In this document: positions 54,525-64,000 of the stretch, piece by piece
Layout: each line of letters opens with the position of its first letter
Numbering within the stretch: the stretch's first letter is position 1
Assembly (NCBI RefSeq): GCF_009914755.1
Contig: NC_060929.1
Length of the DNA stretch: 64,000 bases
Source: the human T2T-CHM13v2.0 reference genome, Homo sapiens
Direction: 5' to 3' (one strand)
Translations under genes and position numbers: made by a program
Notes under the pieces: model-generated
The model's input: the letters and a program-made list of their open reading frames with translations, nothing else
Told to the model about the DNA's origin: nothing
The model's database searches: none

Positions 54525-56150
54525 TTTAATTCACCAGTATGCTAGGCACATTGTTAGACTTAGGATACAAAGATGAGCAAGGCATAGTCCCTGCTCCTCC
54601 TAGTCTTTTAGAGAAGGCAAACCAGGTGAACAGATGAGTGTTCTGCCGGCCAAAAACAGCAAGAGCAGGGAGTGAGGAAAGGCTTCTCTGAAGAGATGAC
54701 ACTTGTACTGGCTTTTAACATCTGAATAGAAATTGGCCAGATTGATGGTGTTGGGGTAATTACAAGCAGGACAGAATAGTTTTTAGCAAAGACACTGAAG
54801 CAGAAAACAGCATGGTTTGTCAGAGCATTCTACATTGTAAGACATGCTGCAGGGCGGGGACCAAGTTATGGGAAATTTTACATACCACATTAACAAGCCT
54901 GAGCTTTGTCTGTAGTATAAGTTAAGCAAAGGGGTAGTATGAACAGATTCACATTTTAGCAAGATAAGGCAGCATGAAAAATAGGTTAGAGGGAGAAGAG
55001 ATGGAAAGGTTCTGATTGGAAGGTGTCATTATCCTCCACCTCAATAAGGTTGAGAGGTTAAGACTATGAAGTAAGTGGGTGCCTGTGCAGGGTAAGAGAT
55101 GGACAAATCTTGAACTGTCTAGATCTGACACTTTGCAGAAAAAGTTAGTAGGATTTAGTGATGTGGTGAAGGAGGGAGGAAGAGCCATTCTCTATCAACC
55201 CTCTGGTTTCTGGATTGGGCATTGAGGTAGATGATGGTGTCACCAACCAAGATGGAAAACCCAGAGGAAGAGCACATATGGGTGGGAGGTGATAAGCTGA
55301 GTTTTAGACTTGCATATAAGAGGTCTTGGGCATCCAGGTAGAGATGGCTGTGAGACAGTTGAGACAATTGGGCACCTGGGTCTTATAAGAGTGTATGAGA
55401 TGGTCTCAGAACAACATACTGAGCAGGTGATTTTTAAAATATTTTATTTATTTTTTTATAGAGACAGGGGCTCACTATGTTGCCCAGGCTGGTCTCAAAC
55501 TCCTGAGCTCAAGCAATCCTCAGCCTCCCAAAGTGCTGGGATTGCAGGTGTGAGCCACTGTGCCCAGCCTGAGGAGGGTGTTCTTAGGAATGATGAGGTG
55601 GAGGTGGGAGGCTGATAGGAAAGAGCAAGGGAAGGTGGTGGAGCAGGATAGATACATAGTTTGAGGAAGAAAAACCTTCATTGTATTTAATATTTGTAAT
55701 TCAGGAAGCAAAACGTTCTTGGCTAGGGGTGAGAAAGCATTGTAAAGGGCACAGGCTATGAAAGACTGAGCTGCTGTGATGTAGTGCGAGGAGAAAGGCT
55801 CTAAGGAAAGAACACTGGGGAACATTTGAAAGTGTGTGCAGAAGAACGGGATCAAAGAGAAAGGGTAATCGAAGTTGGAAGAAGCAGGAGAGCTCGAAGT
55901 CACAGAAGTGAAGATGATGATTCCACACAACAGGATGGTCAGTAGGCTCAGGTGCTCCAGAAAGGTAAAGGAAGAAAGAAATGACTCCATGACATCCAAT
56001 ATTGGGAGACTATTGGGGCCTTATGTTCAGAGTTTCGAGAAAAGTTGTGGGCAAGGAGTAGATCTTGGTGGTCTGAGAAGGGAGTGCAGCAGAGGTTTAA
56101 AGCAGTGACTGACGGAATAGCAAAGGAAACTGTACAGGTGAGGGGTGAAG
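54525..56150 (-). mobile_element. L2 LINE remnant with a FLAM inside (~55435-55570)
   Basis: ctaggcacattgttag...gatacaaagatgagcaaggcatagtccctgc and the purine-rich gagttttagacttg...catccaggtagagatg are typical of antisense L2. Confidence 0.65.
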
Positions 56151-57376
56151 AGGAGCAACCTTGGTGACCATGGCCCACAGAGCTGTGTACTCTTCTAGCA
56201 GTATTAAGAGCTTCAGGCTGAACTTAATACCGGCTTAATACCAGCTCTTCCCTTGTTGATAAGTGTTAGCTCATAGCAATTTAATCAGTATTCTTCAGTC
56301 TTCATTTCTGTGTTAATCTAAATCTGAAGTAGGGAAACCCAGCCTTGGAGAATCTCTCCATTTACACTTGTGTGCCTGTACCCCAAGCCCAGCAACTGAG
56401 GTGGCAGAACTGCAGAGGGAAGGAGTAGTGAAATAAGGAAGGGTGGTGAAAAGATAGGAAATGCAAAACACTAAGTCCTAAAAAGAAAAGCTACTGAGAA
56501 GATCAAATATACAAGGAAAAACAAATGTCTCCCTATGTAACATAATCCTATATTCCCTTGTTTACATATCAACATGCCCAAGGTCACTGGCTTCTTGGTT
56601 TCTCTGGCACTCATCTTAAGATTGCATACACAGTTCATGTCCTGCCTCACCCCTTGAAAGAGTGGAGATAGGTGGTCCCCGGCTGTGCTGGTGAAGTCAA
56701 TGCTTTGTGATTAAACATTTCAAGAAGAGTAACAAAAATAACAATTTTCTTTGTTTTTTATCTTCTTTAATTCTCCCAGTAGTCAAATGAAATCCAGAGA
56801 GCTCAGAAAATTAGAATCATTTTCATACTTCATTTGGTGGCAAAACCAGACCTGAGCTAACATGAAGTTATTTATTATCTTATTCTCACTTTGACAATTC
56901 ATTTAACTATTACTGCTTATTATGGGATATGGTTTCAGATCTTGCTTATTAGGATATATATGGTATATACAACTTAACACCATTCTCTAAATTATCAAAA
57001 AACTTTGAATTTCAAAACATGTCTGACCTCTGTTCTAGATAAGGGATTGTGGACCTGTATCCTCATTTATAAGCAAGGGAACCAACGCTTCTGGTAGTGA
57101 CATAAATCACCTAAGGAAAAGCAGCTAATATGGAGCAGGGGTAGGATTCTGTCCTAGACACTCAGAGACCTGAGTTACTGTATCACCAAGTCATGACATT
57201 ATCTAACACGCCCTTTGTTTTCCCCATTGCACTGGATAGATTCTTGATAGGCAATAGAGTGAACCAGAGTGGGTAAAGAACATGAAGTAAAAAATGACAT
57301 TTTGCTTTAAAATAACAGTTTACTGACTTCAAAGGTTATTATTTGACTTTCTCTAATTGAAAGAGTGATCATTTTA

Positions 57377-58240
57377 GGCTGGGCATGGTGGCTCACACCT
57401 GTAATCCCAGCACTTTGGGAGGTCAAGGTGGGCAGATCACTTGAGGTCAGGAGTTCAACCAATCTGGCCAACATGGTGAAACCCCGTCTCTACTAAAAAT
57501 ACAAAAAAATTAGCCAGGCGTGATGGCATGCGCCTGTAGTCCCAGCTGCTTGGGAGGCTGAGATGGGAGAATCTCTTGAACCTGGGAGGCGGAGGTTGCA
57601 GTAAGCCAGAGATCATGCCACCACACTCCAGCCTGGGCAACAGTGAGACTCCATCTCAAAAAAAAAAAGTGATCATTTTAGTATAGCTTTGGAATGTTGG
57701 AGACTAACCCTTTTATCTGGAAAACTTCTCCAAATAGTTTCCTTAGGAAAGGACACAGGGTAAATGAAGATTTAGCTTGGTACTGGTAAAAAGTTACCAG
57801 AATATAGTGCATAATTTTATAAAGTAGTGCATATCTCACAGTTATTGCAAAAATCCTGTTTTATATGGTGATTGGAAAATATATGCTTTTTTTTCATAGT
57901 TTCTAAATAATTTTGATAATTTTGACTTTCTAGTCTTCCAGGTCTCTTGCAGCTCTTATGTCTGCGACCAAAAGATTCAGATCTCATATTGTTTAAGCCA
58001 GTCTGGACAAAAAATTCATGGTCTTTAACTTGTCAGAGGGAGCTTAACAATACATATTTTATATAAGTAAATACTTTCATATTCTTTTTTGCCCAGACAT
58101 GTTTAAAGAGCATAATGAAGCCAGGTGCCATGACTCATGCCTGTAATCCCAGTAACTCAGGAGGCTGAGCCAGGGGGATTACTTGAGGCCAGGAGTTCAA
58201 GACCAGTCTGGGCAACATAGTGAGACCCCCATCTCTCAGA
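57377..58240 (+). mobile_element. AluS (57377-57668) and FLAM (58120-58240)
   Basis: Alu motifs; TSD gtgatcatttta around the first element. Confidence 0.87.
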
Positions 58241-58581
58241 AAAAAGTATAATGAGATGTGGAATCTTCTGGATGCAGACTTCAGATCTGAAAGAGACCTT
58301 TCAGGACAACCCCCTTCAGTCCACCTTGCCCCATCCCTCCTCCTTCAAAAAAGAGAAACCAGGAGGTCTATAGAAGTTAATAGTTTCATAGAGGAGTCTT
58401 TTCGTAAGATCCTGATTACTTGGCTTTTACAGCTTCAGTTGTCCAAATAAGAAACAAGAGGTGGTCAATGTGATACTTTGTTCTGTAGGTGGTATATATT
58501 AAGATCAAAATTTAACCTTGGTGTGGTGTTCAGAGTCTTTCAAGTTTCACTTGTATTAAAACACATTTTATGTATTTACAG

Positions 58582-58668
58582 GAAATATGTATTGCAAAAC
58601 ACAATGAAAAAATCCAACAGCGCACTCGGATTGAAGATGAATATAGAACCCATCACACAGTACAACTA
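58582..58668 (+). CDS. JMY: JMY coding exon (probably exon 7), 87 nt, phase 0-0
   Basis: Acceptor tgtatttacag|GAA, donor CTA|gtaagt. Encodes EICIAKHNEKIQQRTRIEDEYRTHHTVQL in frame with the previous exon. Confidence 0.93.
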
Positions 58669-58789
58669 GTAAGTTTGGATTCGAAGATTTTGAACAAAAC
58701 TTAATTTTTTTGCATGTTTTAGAGTGGATAAAATCTGTAGAGAATGATAAAAAAACTTATAACTGCATGTTAACATTAGTTCAGTTTAT

Positions 58790-61594
<2,805 letters not shown>

Positions 61595-62182
61595 TTCACT
61601 TTATATAAAGTTACATTAGAAACCTTCTCCTACTCCCATATTGCTGTGCCGCATCCCACACAATATATATTATCCTGACAGTCATCTTTACAGATGTGTC
61701 TTAAATTAGTTAACACCAGTAATTTGTACTTAAATATCAGAAATGCCAACATGACCATATCTCTGTATTTGGATATTTCTAAAATTTTCTGTCTTTAGCA
61801 TCATACTAAAGGCCAAAGGGCTTAAATTTGTCTCCATTACTCCTTAAGGCACATTCTTAGCTAATGCTGCCCCTTACTCTTCATTTTAACCACATAAAAT
61901 TAGCCAAACTACCCATAAACTATAAGATTACCTTTCTCCTAGAATCTAGAAATAGATTAATTAATGTACTTTTATTTTTCATTACTGTTTCTGTGGGTCA
62001 GAAACTGCTTTATAAGATTAGTCAGGGGACCAGCATGACAGTGAGGTAAGTTGCTCCCTGCTATAACCATTTGTACTTGCATTATCAGTTTACTTATGAA
62101 GGTTCCACACTTCCAATATATTTCTTTTTATAAAACATAAGATTTTGGTGGAGGGGAAGAACTAATTAACTTTTTAGAATGA

Positions 62183-63548
<1,366 letters not shown>

Positions 63549-64000
63549 TAGAGTTTATGATACAATCACCCAATGCAAATGCAACAGTAATTCTCATTAG
63601 AAATTATATTGTTTAGGGAAAGCTGGTGGGGAAGAGGAGAGAAATGATAGAAGAATAGAATGGGGGGTTGGATCTGAAAAGGACAGGAGAACAATGGAAG
63701 AGAGGGTAGTTAATTTCCATTTGAAATTATCTGGTCTGGTCTTCTGGGAGGTATCTCTAATTTTTTAAAACAAAGCAAGAAAATAGACAACCCATTTACC
63801 TATATAGAAAGCCTTTTCATTTATTTAACTAAAATTAATTTTACCAAATGAGATTTTATTATATAGCTTTTAGATGATTCAACTCTATAGGGAAAATTAA
63901 AAGTTTGTTTAGATAACTGCCAAAAATAAGCTGTGATACTAAACCAGATGATTCATGGATAATGCTTGAAAAATATTTTTCTAACTGCTGGTTATATTGG

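Noticed and set aside
55520-55999. 159-aa ORF with a hydrophobic N-terminus
   Set aside because: It is the pyrimidine-rich strand of an L2 remnant running into an Alu.

Overview
Primate genomic DNA (human or a very close ape). The window lies inside the JMY gene (junction-mediating and regulatory protein, a p53 cofactor and actin nucleator) on the + strand. It holds about 30 kb of a long upstream intron, then six internal coding exons (probably exons 2-7): 30117-30290, 42328-42478, 43337-43506, 52359-52524, 52882-53069 and 58582-58668. These splice through GT-AG junctions into one open 312-codon coiled-coil segment. An antisense RPS3A processed pseudogene with two 4-bp frameshifts sits between the first two exons. 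The rest is dominated by repeats: dozens of Alu/FLAM/FAM copies, three large antisense L1M blocks, MER52 and MER4-type LTRs, MIR, L2, DNA-transposon fossils and an AT-rich minisatellite. Most ORFs in the supplied track are repeat-derived or chance ORFs. I found no convincing new biological system. The best second-look items are an old local triplication that preserves the pseudogene's empty insertion site, two candidate poison exons, an L1 nested in an Alu with about 3 kb of ORF2 missing at another Alu, a forkhead-motif minisatellite, and phase-0 exon blocks flanked by inverted Alus. Repeat subfamily names and boundaries were assigned by eye and are approximate.
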